From contig JBAXRK010000007.1 of assembly GCA_037131245.1 (NCBI GenBank), positions 7,226 through 71,225 of the forward strand: DNA of 64,000 bases, in the 5' to 3' direction. How positions within the stretch are numbered: the stretch's first letter is position 1; every line of letters begins with the position of its first letter. This document shows positions 8,361 through 16,178 of the stretch, piece after piece. The position numbers and the translations under genes were made by a program. The notes below the pieces were generated by a model. That model was not told the origin of the DNA. It worked only from the letters and a program-made list of their open reading frames with translations, and made no database searches. This DNA comes from Candidatus Omnitrophota bacterium. GTDB taxonomy: Bacteria > Omnitrophota > Gorgyraeia > Zapsychrales > Fredricksoniimonadaceae.

Positions 8361-8649
8361 AAAAGCGGGCGTGATCCCAAGGATATCTAAAGGGGTCAAG
8401 GATTTCATGATGGATGAGGAAGGCAAGATCAAAAAGAAGGACATCGCCAAGCTGGGTGTGTCGATGGCCGCGCTGGGCATGATGGTGCATTCGGACGCGG
8501 CGGCCGACGTGACCTGCCCCTATATCACCTCGGATTCGCATTCCAATGCCCTGGTCCTGCCGGTAGCACCCAAGACCTGCTATGAGCACGCGAACACGCA
8601 TACGAATCATTGTAATCATTCGAGCCATAGTGTGGGTGGTTGGTGCTAA
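8338..8649 (+). CDS. hxsA: HxsA-like precursor peptide/protein with C-terminal His-x-Asn/Ser repeat and 4 Cys
   Basis: ATG 8338 lies 5 nt after GAGGAGG, inside the 3' end of the upstream maturase gene. The 103-aa product ends ...CYEHANTHTNHCNHSSHSVGGWC. The stop overlaps the start of the next rSAM gene. Alternative internal starts at 8407/8410 would give a classical Sec signal peptide. Confidence 0.6.
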   Translation: MASKKKVKKAGVIPRISKGVKDFMMDEEGKIKKKDIAKLGVSMAALGMMVHSDAAADVTCPYITSDSHSNALVLPVAPKTCYEHANTHTNHCNHSSHSVGGWC

Positions 8650-9761
8650 AAGCCGCTCAGAAAGAGCTGCAGATCTTTTTGACCGATCGCTGTCAGTTGT
8701 CTTGCCGGTACTGCTATCTTGACCGCCGTGCAAAAAAAGACCTGTCCTGGCCCCTGGTCAAGAAAGCAGTCACGGATTTTTTGGATGGGGCGTCAGCCCC
8801 CCGGGTTGTTTCATTCTATGGCGGCGAACCGCTGCTTTCGTTCCCTCTTTTCAAACGCACTGTTGAGTTCATCCGTCGCGATCATTCGCCGGCGGATGTT
8901 TTTCTTTATCTGGCGACGAACGGGATCCGGGTTGACCGGAAGGTTGCGGCTTTCTGCGCGGCGCAGGCGGTCACGGTTTTGCTGAGTTTCGACGGCCGCC
9001 GTGACCGGCATGATGGCCAGCGTTGCGGTGCTGTGGAGAGCAGTTACGATGCCGCCCGGTCGGCGCTCAAGCATTTGCAAAAAGCGCGTGTTCCGGTGAT
9101 CGCGAATATGGTGATCCGGCCGCAGGATGCCTCGTCCTGGGTAGATGATCTTAAGCATGTGGTCGGTTGTGGTTTCACGCAGGTCCAGTTGCTCCCGGAT
9201 GCGGCGGCCATCTGGTCAACGGTTGAGATCAACCGTTTCGCCCGGTCGCAGCGGGATTTTGTTAGGATGAACATCGATCATTTCACCCGGAAAGGGGCGA
9301 GTGTTTTTACGGTCGAGCAGGTGCGCCGTTTGATCTCATTACGCGATAACCGGGGGGCATGCGGTTGCAATAAACGCATCTTGTCTGCCGATGGAAAATA
9401 TTATGCCTGTGATAAGGCGCTGGCTTGTTCTTCTGATGGCCGTCAGCCGTATGCGACCGGAGATGCCCTGGCAGGGTTTGACGCGGATGGCCGCCGGAAG
9501 ATCATCGGCCGGCTTGATCGCCGGGTAAAAGCCGCAGAACGCGGCAGGCGTTGTGCGGCTTGCCGCTGGCGTGAGGTATGTTTTTGTCCTTTGGGCCTTC
9601 CCGTGTTGAGCGGGGTAGATCCGGACCTTGGTCAGCGCTGGAATTCTTTTTGCCGCATCTCGGACCTGCTGCTGACCTCCTGCCGGCAGATCGTCCTGAA
9701 ATTAAAGGATGAGCCGCGCTTTTGCCGGGCGTACCAACTTAGGCCGGACGCGCCGGCCTGA
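8640..9761 (+). CDS. hxsC: Radical-SAM/SPASM maturase, HxsC-like
   Basis: It is 373 aa. The motif is CQLSCRYC, followed by FYGGEPLL. C-terminal clusters are CGCNKRILSADGKYYACD and CAACRWREVCFCPLG (SPASM-like). It is paired with the upstream maturase across the precursor gene. The start codon (TTG 8640 or GTG 8643) is uncertain. Confidence 0.55.
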   Translation: MVLKAAQKELQIFLTDRCQLSCRYCYLDRRAKKDLSWPLVKKAVTDFLDGASAPRVVSFYGGEPLLSFPLFKRTVEFIRRDHSPADVFLYLATNGIRVDRKVAAFCAAQAVTVLLSFDGRRDRHDGQRCGAVESSYDAARSALKHLQKARVPVIANMVIRPQDASSWVDDLKHVVGCGFTQVQLLPDAAAIWSTVEINRFARSQRDFVRMNIDHFTRKGASVFTVEQVRRLISLRDNRGACGCNKRILSADGKYYACDKALACSSDGRQPYATGDALAGFDADGRRKIIGRLDRRVKAAERGRRCAACRWREVCFCPLGLPVLSGVDPDLGQRWNSFCRISDLLLTSCRQIVLKLKDEPRFCRAYQLRPDAPA

Positions 9762-9776
9762 ATGTTTTGAGGGACA

Positions 9777-10514
9777 ATGGCTATTACCGGAAAACTATTA
9801 GTGATCGATCTCGACGGCCGTTGTAACTGCCGTTGTGTTTTTTGCCTTAAAGAGGACGCTATCCTGACCGCGCCGCGCCGTACCTTGGCCGGGACGCTGA
9901 CGCAGATCCGCCAGGGCATTACCGCCGGCATCGACAGTGTGGATTTTTTCGGTGGTGAACCGACCATGTATCCTTTCCTCAAGAAAGCAGTTGTCTTCAC
10001 GCAGCGGAAGGGATTAAAGGCTTTTCTGGCTACGAACGCGATCGCCTTTTCTTCAAAGGCCTACACGACAGCATTTTTTAAAGGTCTCAAGCCTTTAGCC
10101 GTACGGACCACGCTGCATAGCCATCACGCTGACGTGCATGAGCGGATCACCCGGACGCCCGGCAGTTGGGCCCGGACCATCAAGGGGATAGGCCATTTGC
10201 TGGCGGCCAATGAGCAGGTCACGGTGAACATTGTGATCAATCGCTGGAATTATCGCGAGCTGGTCGCGTGGACCCGGTTCCTGTACGGGCTCGGGGTGCG
10301 TTCCGTGAAATATTCGGCCCTGCAGCACACCGGCGGTGCTTTGGCTTGCGAGGAATTGTGGGTGGGAGATAAACAATACGCGGCCCCGTTACTGAAGGCG
10401 TTGCGCGCAGCATCGAAATTAGGCTTTTATTTTATTGAACTCGAAATGATCCCCGGGCCTGTCGTAGACAAAGCCCGGGGAATGAAGATCAATTGCCACA
10501 GCCGAAGACCCTGA
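9777..10514 (+). CDS. Small radical-SAM enzyme (core domain only)
   Basis: The motif is CNCRCVFC (CxxxCxxC), followed by FFGGEPTM. It is 245 aa with no auxiliary Cys cluster. It is the last gene of the + strand block. Confidence 0.65.
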   Translation: MAITGKLLVIDLDGRCNCRCVFCLKEDAILTAPRRTLAGTLTQIRQGITAGIDSVDFFGGEPTMYPFLKKAVVFTQRKGLKAFLATNAIAFSSKAYTTAFFKGLKPLAVRTTLHSHHADVHERITRTPGSWARTIKGIGHLLAANEQVTVNIVINRWNYRELVAWTRFLYGLGVRSVKYSALQHTGGALACEELWVGDKQYAAPLLKALRAASKLGFYFIELEMIPGPVVDKARGMKINCHSRRP

Positions 10515-12093
10515 AATAGAGGTCCTTGTAGTTACAGGCAAACTTCGCAGGCATCGGGATCTTGTCGGTCATTGGCAGGATCTTGTAGCAGTAAGCGATC
10601 TGCCCTTTGCGGTCCGTTATTTTGTGTTCGTCATCCATGCAATCATAGAACGGTTTGTCGAGTTGCCTGATCGGCGGAACATTGTCTGAGGTGGCTTGGT
10701 AACAGATGGTCCCGTCCTTGGAAAAACATATCCCGATATAGCCGCACACATCAGTGGTCGGATTGGGCGGGCAGATCGCCGGGTCTTCCTGTGAATCGCA
10801 AAGTTTATCACCTTGCACGACAGTCCAGGTAGAGGTCCAGTTCTTGTTGGTAGTATCCGGCCACCAACCGTACCAGCACGCATTCTGTGTGCAGCTTTCA
10901 TTTTCATGCAGCCCGTTAGCGCCCTCAACGTTGGGTGAATACCCTCCGGGACAGGTCCGTTCGCAATAACGATCGGGTGAGCATTGCCCGGTGGCCCCGT
11001 AATTTTTCAAATAGACGTAGTGATTACGATAGGCGTTAATTTTTTCTTGAATGCCTGTTTCGACATATTTGGTCAGGACCCGGTATGGATTGTGATTCGC
11101 TTGCATTGCTATGACCCGGTGCGCCTGAAGCAGGTCCATGTTCGCCGGAGTGGGCGGGAGGGTTGCCATATTCGGCGGATTATCACCCGCATTGGCCGCG
11201 CTCTGGCGGTAAATAACTTCTTTCACCAATTGCCAGCGCTGCGGTATGGAAAGACTATCGTCGTTCTCCAGGCTCATGGCATTTTCGTTAACGTTATGGG
11301 TATCGTCTTCCAAGGTCGTTGAATTAGAGATAATGGTACAAGGCTTTGAGTGCGGGTAAGGATATTGCCAGCAGGAAGGCAGGCAGTTCTGTTCGGTTTC
11401 ACCGCCGAAGCCGTCATGCTTACAGCCGTAAATGGTGTCGGGTGTTGACGGGTGAAGGGCATTGGCGCATTGTTTCGAGTAAATCCGTTCCCCGATCGCG
11501 CAGTCTTTGGTGTCATAAGTCCCCAGGCCGGCTTGAGTCTGGGTGCATGTTCCGATCGGATTAGCGAACTCGCCATTAAAGCGCGCGTCGACCGCGGACC
11601 GGACAGGGTTGCATAGGTTTGCGGCCGAGGGCGCGATCCCGGTGGCCGCCAGGATCTTGGTGCCGCAGCCGACCGGTTTAGCTTCGGTGCAACAGGTTTC
11701 ATCAGGGATCCAGGCTTCTTCCTGGGCGCATTTCAACGGGGTGCATGTGCGGTAATAGTAGCGCATGGTCGGCTTGTTCTTATCCGCGCCGCAATCGCCT
11801 TTGGTCCAGGTATTGATGATCGCCTTCTTCCAGTCGTTATAGTGGGTGGTTTGGTCGGGAAGCGTGACCGGATTGGCCGAACATTTGCAGCTTTTGGGTG
11901 TCAGGGACGGGTCGAGCGTGCTATCTTGTTCGATCTTTTCAGAGGTGGCATCCTTGACGCTTTCTTCGGTCAGCTTGAAATAACCCTGAACCCCTTTGAG
12001 GAGCATGGGGCCGCCGATCGCAATACCGGCCAGGATGATCGTGGCAAGCAGGATATATTCAAGAGCGGATTGGCCTTTTTTCATCAAGCGCAT
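10489..12093 (-). CDS. Flp/class-III-signal prepilin-like N-terminus fused to a ~500-aa cysteine-rich extracellular domain
   Basis: The preferred start is ATG 12093, with GAGG 5 nt upstream. The N-terminus is MRLMKKG/QSALEYILLATIILAGIAIGG, which fits the G/XXXXEY prepilin signature plus a hydrophobic helix. The rest has about 30 Cys by hand count. The 3' end overlaps the convergent rSAM gene by 26 nt. Confidence 0.6.
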   Translation of the reverse strand: MRLMKKGQSALEYILLATIILAGIAIGGPMLLKGVQGYFKLTEESVKDATSEKIEQDSTLDPSLTPKSCKCSANPVTLPDQTTHYNDWKKAIINTWTKGDCGADKNKPTMRYYYRTCTPLKCAQEEAWIPDETCCTEAKPVGCGTKILAATGIAPSAANLCNPVRSAVDARFNGEFANPIGTCTQTQAGLGTYDTKDCAIGERIYSKQCANALHPSTPDTIYGCKHDGFGGETEQNCLPSCWQYPYPHSKPCTIISNSTTLEDDTHNVNENAMSLENDDSLSIPQRWQLVKEVIYRQSAANAGDNPPNMATLPPTPANMDLLQAHRVIAMQANHNPYRVLTKYVETGIQEKINAYRNHYVYLKNYGATGQCSPDRYCERTCPGGYSPNVEGANGLHENESCTQNACWYGWWPDTTNKNWTSTWTVVQGDKLCDSQEDPAICPPNPTTDVCGYIGICFSKDGTICYQATSDNVPPIRQLDKPFYDCMDDEHKITDRKGQIAYCYKILPMTDKIPMPAKFACNYKDLYFRVFGCGN

Positions 12094-12129
12094 AAGGACC
12101 TCTAAGGGGTTTATCAAATGGTCGCTTTA

Positions 12130-12158
12130 AGTATAAAAGACAAAGACCCAATTAGCAA
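12130..12158 (-). promoter_or_regulatory. Sigma70-like promoter TTGCTA-N17-TATACT for the pilin-like gene
   Basis: Read on the minus strand: the -35 is the complement of 12153-12158 and the -10 is the complement of 12130-12135. The spacer is exactly 17 nt. Confidence 0.5.
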
Positions 12159-12191
12159 GATTTTGATTATAAATCAACGGGGTAATTCTGC

Positions 12192-12220
12192 TTGACGAAA
12201 AAAAAGTCGTAGGATATACT
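12192..12220 (+). promoter_or_regulatory. Sigma70-like promoter TTGACG-N17-TATACT upstream of glmU
   Basis: The hexamers are at 12192-12197 and 12215-12220 with a 17-nt spacer. It lies about 79 nt upstream of the glmU ATG. Confidence 0.55.
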
Positions 12221-12298
12221 ATCGCACCTTAGTGATTTTTCAGTGCTTTTTTCGGCCCGTTCACGCCTTTTATTAGTGAACGTGACGGCGCGGGGTTT

Positions 12299-13555
12299 AT
12301 GGGAAAAAATTTAAAGACTATTGTTCTGGCGGCAGGCAAGGGCACGCGCTTCAAGTCTGCTACGCCGAAGGTTTTGCATTGCCTTGCCGGTAAGCCCGCC
12401 TTGCATTATGTGCTGGATGTGGCGGAAGCGGTTGGTTCTTTGACAACGTATGTGGTGGTTGGCCATCAGGCCGAGCTGGTCGCGCAAGCGGTAGGCGGTC
12501 GGGCGGCGATCGTTGAACAGCGGCAGCAGTTGGGCACCGGTCATGCGGTCAAAATGTGCGCGCCTCATTTTAAGAGCGCTGACGGCACGGTCCTGGTGAT
12601 GTGCGGTGATACGCCGCTGCTTGATAAAGCTATTGTGCGCCGTCTGGCGCAGAAACATGAAAAGACCGGCGCGGCGGTCACGGTATTGACCTGCCTCTTG
12701 GCCGAGCCTTCGGGGTATGGCCGTATCATTCGTGACGCGCGGGGCAGGTTTGCGGCGATCCGCGAGCATAAGGACGCTTCGGCCCAAGAGCTTGCGATCC
12801 GTGAGATCAATACGGGCGTTTACTGTTTCAAGGCTAAAGAACTGTTCGGCGCGATCGGTGAGATCCGGCCGAACTCCAAGAAGAAGGAATATTATCTTAC
12901 CGATATTATTGAGTTGTTCCTGGGGCGCGGCCTGGGTGTTGAAACCCTGGTCACGGATGACTGGACCGCCAATCTTGGGCTTAATACCCGTGCCGACCTG
13001 GCTTTATCCGAGGCGATCCTTCGGAAAAAGATCCTGGGCCGGTTGATGCTTGGCGGGGTTACGGTTGTTGATCCTGCGACCACGTACGTAGAAAATGATG
13101 TTGTGATCGGGCAGGATACTGTTATTTATCCTTGCACTTATATTCATCATGACGTCCGGGTCGGACGCGGTTGTTCCCTCGGCCCTTTTGCCCGGTTACG
13201 TCCGGGTACCAGGTTGGGGAATGGCGTTTCAGTGGGGAATTTTACGGAAGTTTCCCGCTCGGTCCTGGGTGATGATGTGAACATGAAGCATTTTAGTTTT
13301 CTGGGGGACACGTCGGTCGGGCGCGGCGCGAATATCGGCTGCGGGACGGTCACCGCGAATTACGATGGAAAAACCAAGAACAAGACTTCGATCGGTCCCG
13401 GCGCGTTCATCGGCTGTGACACGGTCCTGGTCGCTCCGGTCAAGATCGGTAAAGGGTCCAAGGTCGGTGCCGGCAGCGTGGTAACGGCGGGGCGTGATGT
13501 TCCCGCTGGTAAACTGGCGGTCGGGATGCCGGCCAGGGTCATTAAAAAGGTATAG
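12299..13555 (+). CDS. glmU: Bifunctional UDP-N-acetylglucosamine pyrophosphorylase / glucosamine-1-phosphate N-acetyltransferase
   Basis: The N-terminal LAAGKGTRF nucleotidyltransferase motif is present. The C-terminus has left-handed beta-helix hexapeptide repeats. Confidence 0.85.
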   Translation: MGKNLKTIVLAAGKGTRFKSATPKVLHCLAGKPALHYVLDVAEAVGSLTTYVVVGHQAELVAQAVGGRAAIVEQRQQLGTGHAVKMCAPHFKSADGTVLVMCGDTPLLDKAIVRRLAQKHEKTGAAVTVLTCLLAEPSGYGRIIRDARGRFAAIREHKDASAQELAIREINTGVYCFKAKELFGAIGEIRPNSKKKEYYLTDIIELFLGRGLGVETLVTDDWTANLGLNTRADLALSEAILRKKILGRLMLGGVTVVDPATTYVENDVVIGQDTVIYPCTYIHHDVRVGRGCSLGPFARLRPGTRLGNGVSVGNFTEVSRSVLGDDVNMKHFSFLGDTSVGRGANIGCGTVTANYDGKTKNKTSIGPGAFIGCDTVLVAPVKIGKGSKVGAGSVVTAGRDVPAGKLAVGMPARVIKKV

Positions 13556-13559
13556 GATT

Positions 13560-14510
13560 ATGAGCGAGATCTGCGTCCTTTCGGGCAATGCGAATAAAGA
13601 GCTGGCAGAGAAAATCTGCAAGTGCCTGGATATTCCTCTGGCGGAAGTGGTTTGTACCCGTTTTAGTGAGGGAGAGATCCGTGTTCAGATCGTTGAGAAT
13701 GTGCGCGGCAAGGACCTGTTCATTATCCAGCCGACCTGCACGCCGACGAACGATAATTTGATGGAGTTATTGATCCTGATCGATGCTGCCAAGCGCGCGT
13801 CGGCCAAGCGCATTACGGCTGTTATCCCGTTCTATGGATACGCGCGCCAGGACCGCAAGGATCAGCCGCGGGTTCCGATCACAGCTAAGCTGGTGGCGAA
13901 TCTGATCACGGCAGCTGGTGTTGACCGGGTTCTGGCGATGGATCTTCATGCCAGCCAGATCCAGGGGTTCTTTGATATCCCGGTAGATCATCTGTACGCT
14001 ATTAATACGCTGTGCGAATATTTTGAAGCGATGAACATGAAGAACCTGGTGGTCGTTTCTCCCGATGTCGGCGGCATTCGCATGGCGCGCGCGTATGCCA
14101 AACGCCTGGGGGCGGGATTGGCCATCATCGACAAGCGCCGCATGAGCCCTGAAGAGACCGAAGTGATGAATATTCTTGGTAAGGTTAAGGGCAAAACCGC
14201 GGTGCTGGTGGACGATATCGTGGCGACGGGTGGATCGCTCACTGAGGCTATTACGGCGCTTAGTGAGGTTGGCGTCGAGAAAGTTTATGCCGCGGTCAGC
14301 CATGGCGTCCTTTCGGGGCCGGCGGTGGAGCGGATGGCGGAGTGCAAGGCGCTTGAAGAGCTGGTGGTGACGGATAGTATCCCGCTCAGCGCGAAGGCAA
14401 AAAAAGTTTCCAAGATCAAGCAGCTGACGGTCGCGCCGCTTTTGGCGGAAGCGATCAAGCGAATTCATAACGAACAGTCGATCAGCTGCCTGTTCGAAGT
14501 TAATCGGTAG
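13560..14510 (+). CDS. prs: Ribose-phosphate pyrophosphokinase
   Basis: The internal ATG 13560 gives MSEICVLSGNANKELAEKI. Also present are YARQDRK, DLHA.QIQGFF and the PRPP-binding loop VLVDDIVATGGS. Confidence 0.9.
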   Translation: MSEICVLSGNANKELAEKICKCLDIPLAEVVCTRFSEGEIRVQIVENVRGKDLFIIQPTCTPTNDNLMELLILIDAAKRASAKRITAVIPFYGYARQDRKDQPRVPITAKLVANLITAAGVDRVLAMDLHASQIQGFFDIPVDHLYAINTLCEYFEAMNMKNLVVVSPDVGGIRMARAYAKRLGAGLAIIDKRRMSPEETEVMNILGKVKGKTAVLVDDIVATGGSLTEAITALSEVGVEKVYAAVSHGVLSGPAVERMAECKALEELVVTDSIPLSAKAKKVSKIKQLTVAPLLAEAIKRIHNEQSISCLFEVNR

Positions 14511-14535
14511 TTTTTACAAAAGGCGGATGTAGATT

Positions 14536-15258
14536 ATGGAACAGATCAAGTTGGAGTTGCAGGTCAGAGGCGAAGAAGGTTCCGGTGAAGTTAAGGTCCT
14601 GCGTAAAGCGGGTTTTATTCCGGCGGTGGTCTATGGCGGGGCGGAGAAGCCCCTTTCGGTGAAATTGATGCGTAAGGATTTCGACCGGATCATGCGCGAA
14701 CATCATGGTGAAAGTATCCTTTTCCAGGTCGAGATCATCGACGGCGGGAAAAAGGCCGGGAATTGCATCGCTCTCGCCAAAGAGACGTACTACAATCCGG
14801 TGAGTGATGTGGTCGATCATATTGATTTTCAGCGGATCTCGATGGACAAGGAGATCGCGTTCCGGGTGGCGATCCTGGTCAAGGGTGAAGCGATCGGGCT
14901 CAAGAAGCCGGGCGCCACGCTTGAGCACGGGTTGCGTGAATTGGAAGTGATCTGTTTGCCGAAGGATATCCCGCATCATATTGAGGTTGATGTGACGGAT
15001 CTTGATACGCATCACGCGATCCACGTTAGTGACCTGAAGCTTGGGTCCGGCGTGCGCACCAAGATGGATCCGGGCGCGGTCGTGGTGGCGGTGGTATTCT
15101 CGAGTCGTGAAGAAGCTCCTGCGGCAGCGGATGCGGCAGCGGCAGCGGCGCCGACACTTGAGGTTATTAAAGAGAAGCCCAAGGATGCTGCGGCAGAAGC
15201 GGCGCCTGGCGCGAAGCCGGCGGCTGGCGCGGCCAAGCCAGCGGCTCCTAAGAAATAA
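14536..15258 (+). CDS. rplY: Ribosomal protein L25 / general stress protein Ctc, with Ala/Pro/Lys-rich C-terminal tail
   Basis: The LRKAGFIPAVVYGG motif and the two-domain Ctc form are present. It sits in the conserved prs-ctc-pth order. Confidence 0.85.
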   Translation: MEQIKLELQVRGEEGSGEVKVLRKAGFIPAVVYGGAEKPLSVKLMRKDFDRIMREHHGESILFQVEIIDGGKKAGNCIALAKETYYNPVSDVVDHIDFQRISMDKEIAFRVAILVKGEAIGLKKPGATLEHGLRELEVICLPKDIPHHIEVDVTDLDTHHAIHVSDLKLGSGVRTKMDPGAVVVAVVFSSREEAPAAADAAAAAAPTLEVIKEKPKDAAAEAAPGAKPAAGAAKPAAPKK

Positions 15259-15270
15259 GGGAGTGTTGTT

Positions 15271-15852
15271 TTGGGGCTATCGACGTTGCTGGTCGGCCTG
15301 GGGAATCCCGGCCGGCAGTATGAAATGACACGGCATAATATTGGGTTCATGGTCGTGATGGAAGTGGCCCGTTCTGCCGGGGTCGAGTGGAAAAAGAGCC
15401 GCCAGGCTTCGGCGCTGGTGGCGGAGTTGGGGACGGTTGGGCTGGTTTTACCCCTGACATTTATGAATTGTTCGGGGCAAGCAGTTCGCGATATCGCTCA
15501 GTTCAATAAAGTTGGTCCTGCTGATATTCTGGCGGTGGTAGATGATATCAGGCTTGATTTTGGGGTGATGCGCCTGAAGCTGGACGGCTCAGATGGCGGG
15601 CATAATGGCCTGAAGTCCATCGCGGCTGAAATGGGGACTTTCGCCTATCCCCGCTTGCGCCTGGGGGTTGGAGCGCCACCTCCGGGAGTTGATCAGGCGA
15701 ATTACGTTCTTTCAGAGTTCAGTGCCCGGGATAAAAAAGATCTTGGGCTTTTTGTGGCGGATGCGGCCGATTGCTGCCGTCTTTGGATGAAGGGCGAGAT
15801 GTCCCGGGCAATGACGCAATACAATCAAGTAAAAAAGGAAAAAGCACAATGA
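15271..15852 (+). CDS. pth: Peptidyl-tRNA hydrolase
   Basis: Motifs are LLVGLGNPG..Y..TRHNIGF and GGHNGLKS. The start is TTG. Confidence 0.9.
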   Translation: MGLSTLLVGLGNPGRQYEMTRHNIGFMVVMEVARSAGVEWKKSRQASALVAELGTVGLVLPLTFMNCSGQAVRDIAQFNKVGPADILAVVDDIRLDFGVMRLKLDGSDGGHNGLKSIAAEMGTFAYPRLRLGVGAPPPGVDQANYVLSEFSARDKKDLGLFVADAADCCRLWMKGEMSRAMTQYNQVKKEKAQ

Positions 15853-16154
15853 ACAAGTATGAATTGGTTTTTATCGTGGATTCCCGTCTTTCCGACGCGG
15901 AGAAAAGCGATGTGAGCAAGCAGGTGACCGACCTTGTGGCCAAGATGGAAGGGAAGATCATCAACTCCAGCGTTTGGGTCGAGCGTCAGCGGATGGCGTT
16001 CCCGATCAATAAAGCGGCGGAAGGGACCTATTACTTGTTCAATATCGAAATGAAGGGCGCTGAAGTGGCCCGTTTACGCCGTGAACTGTTGATCAATGAG
16101 CGGGTGATGCGCTTTTTGATCATTCGTCCGGAAGAGCAGAAGGTCAAGGCGTAA
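15849..16154 (+). CDS. rpsF: Ribosomal protein S6
   Basis: ATG 15849 forms an ATGA overlap with the pth stop. The product begins MNKYELVFIV. It sits in the rpsF-ssb-rpsR-rplI order. Confidence 0.9.
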   Translation: MNKYELVFIVDSRLSDAEKSDVSKQVTDLVAKMEGKIINSSVWVERQRMAFPINKAAEGTYYLFNIEMKGAEVARLRRELLINERVMRFLIIRPEEQKVKA

Positions 16155-16178
16155 GACGGCTGCGCGGAGGATCCTGGG

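Noticed and set aside
15100-15258. Ala/Pro/Lys-rich C-terminal tails (L25/Ctc here; also 39100-39277 in the MORN-like protein, 26050-26115 in the 63-aa protein, and the S18 N-terminal extension at 16609-16740)
   Set aside because: They recur in unrelated proteins, which points to lineage-level compositional low complexity rather than a shared functional element. There is no nucleotide-level repeat between them.
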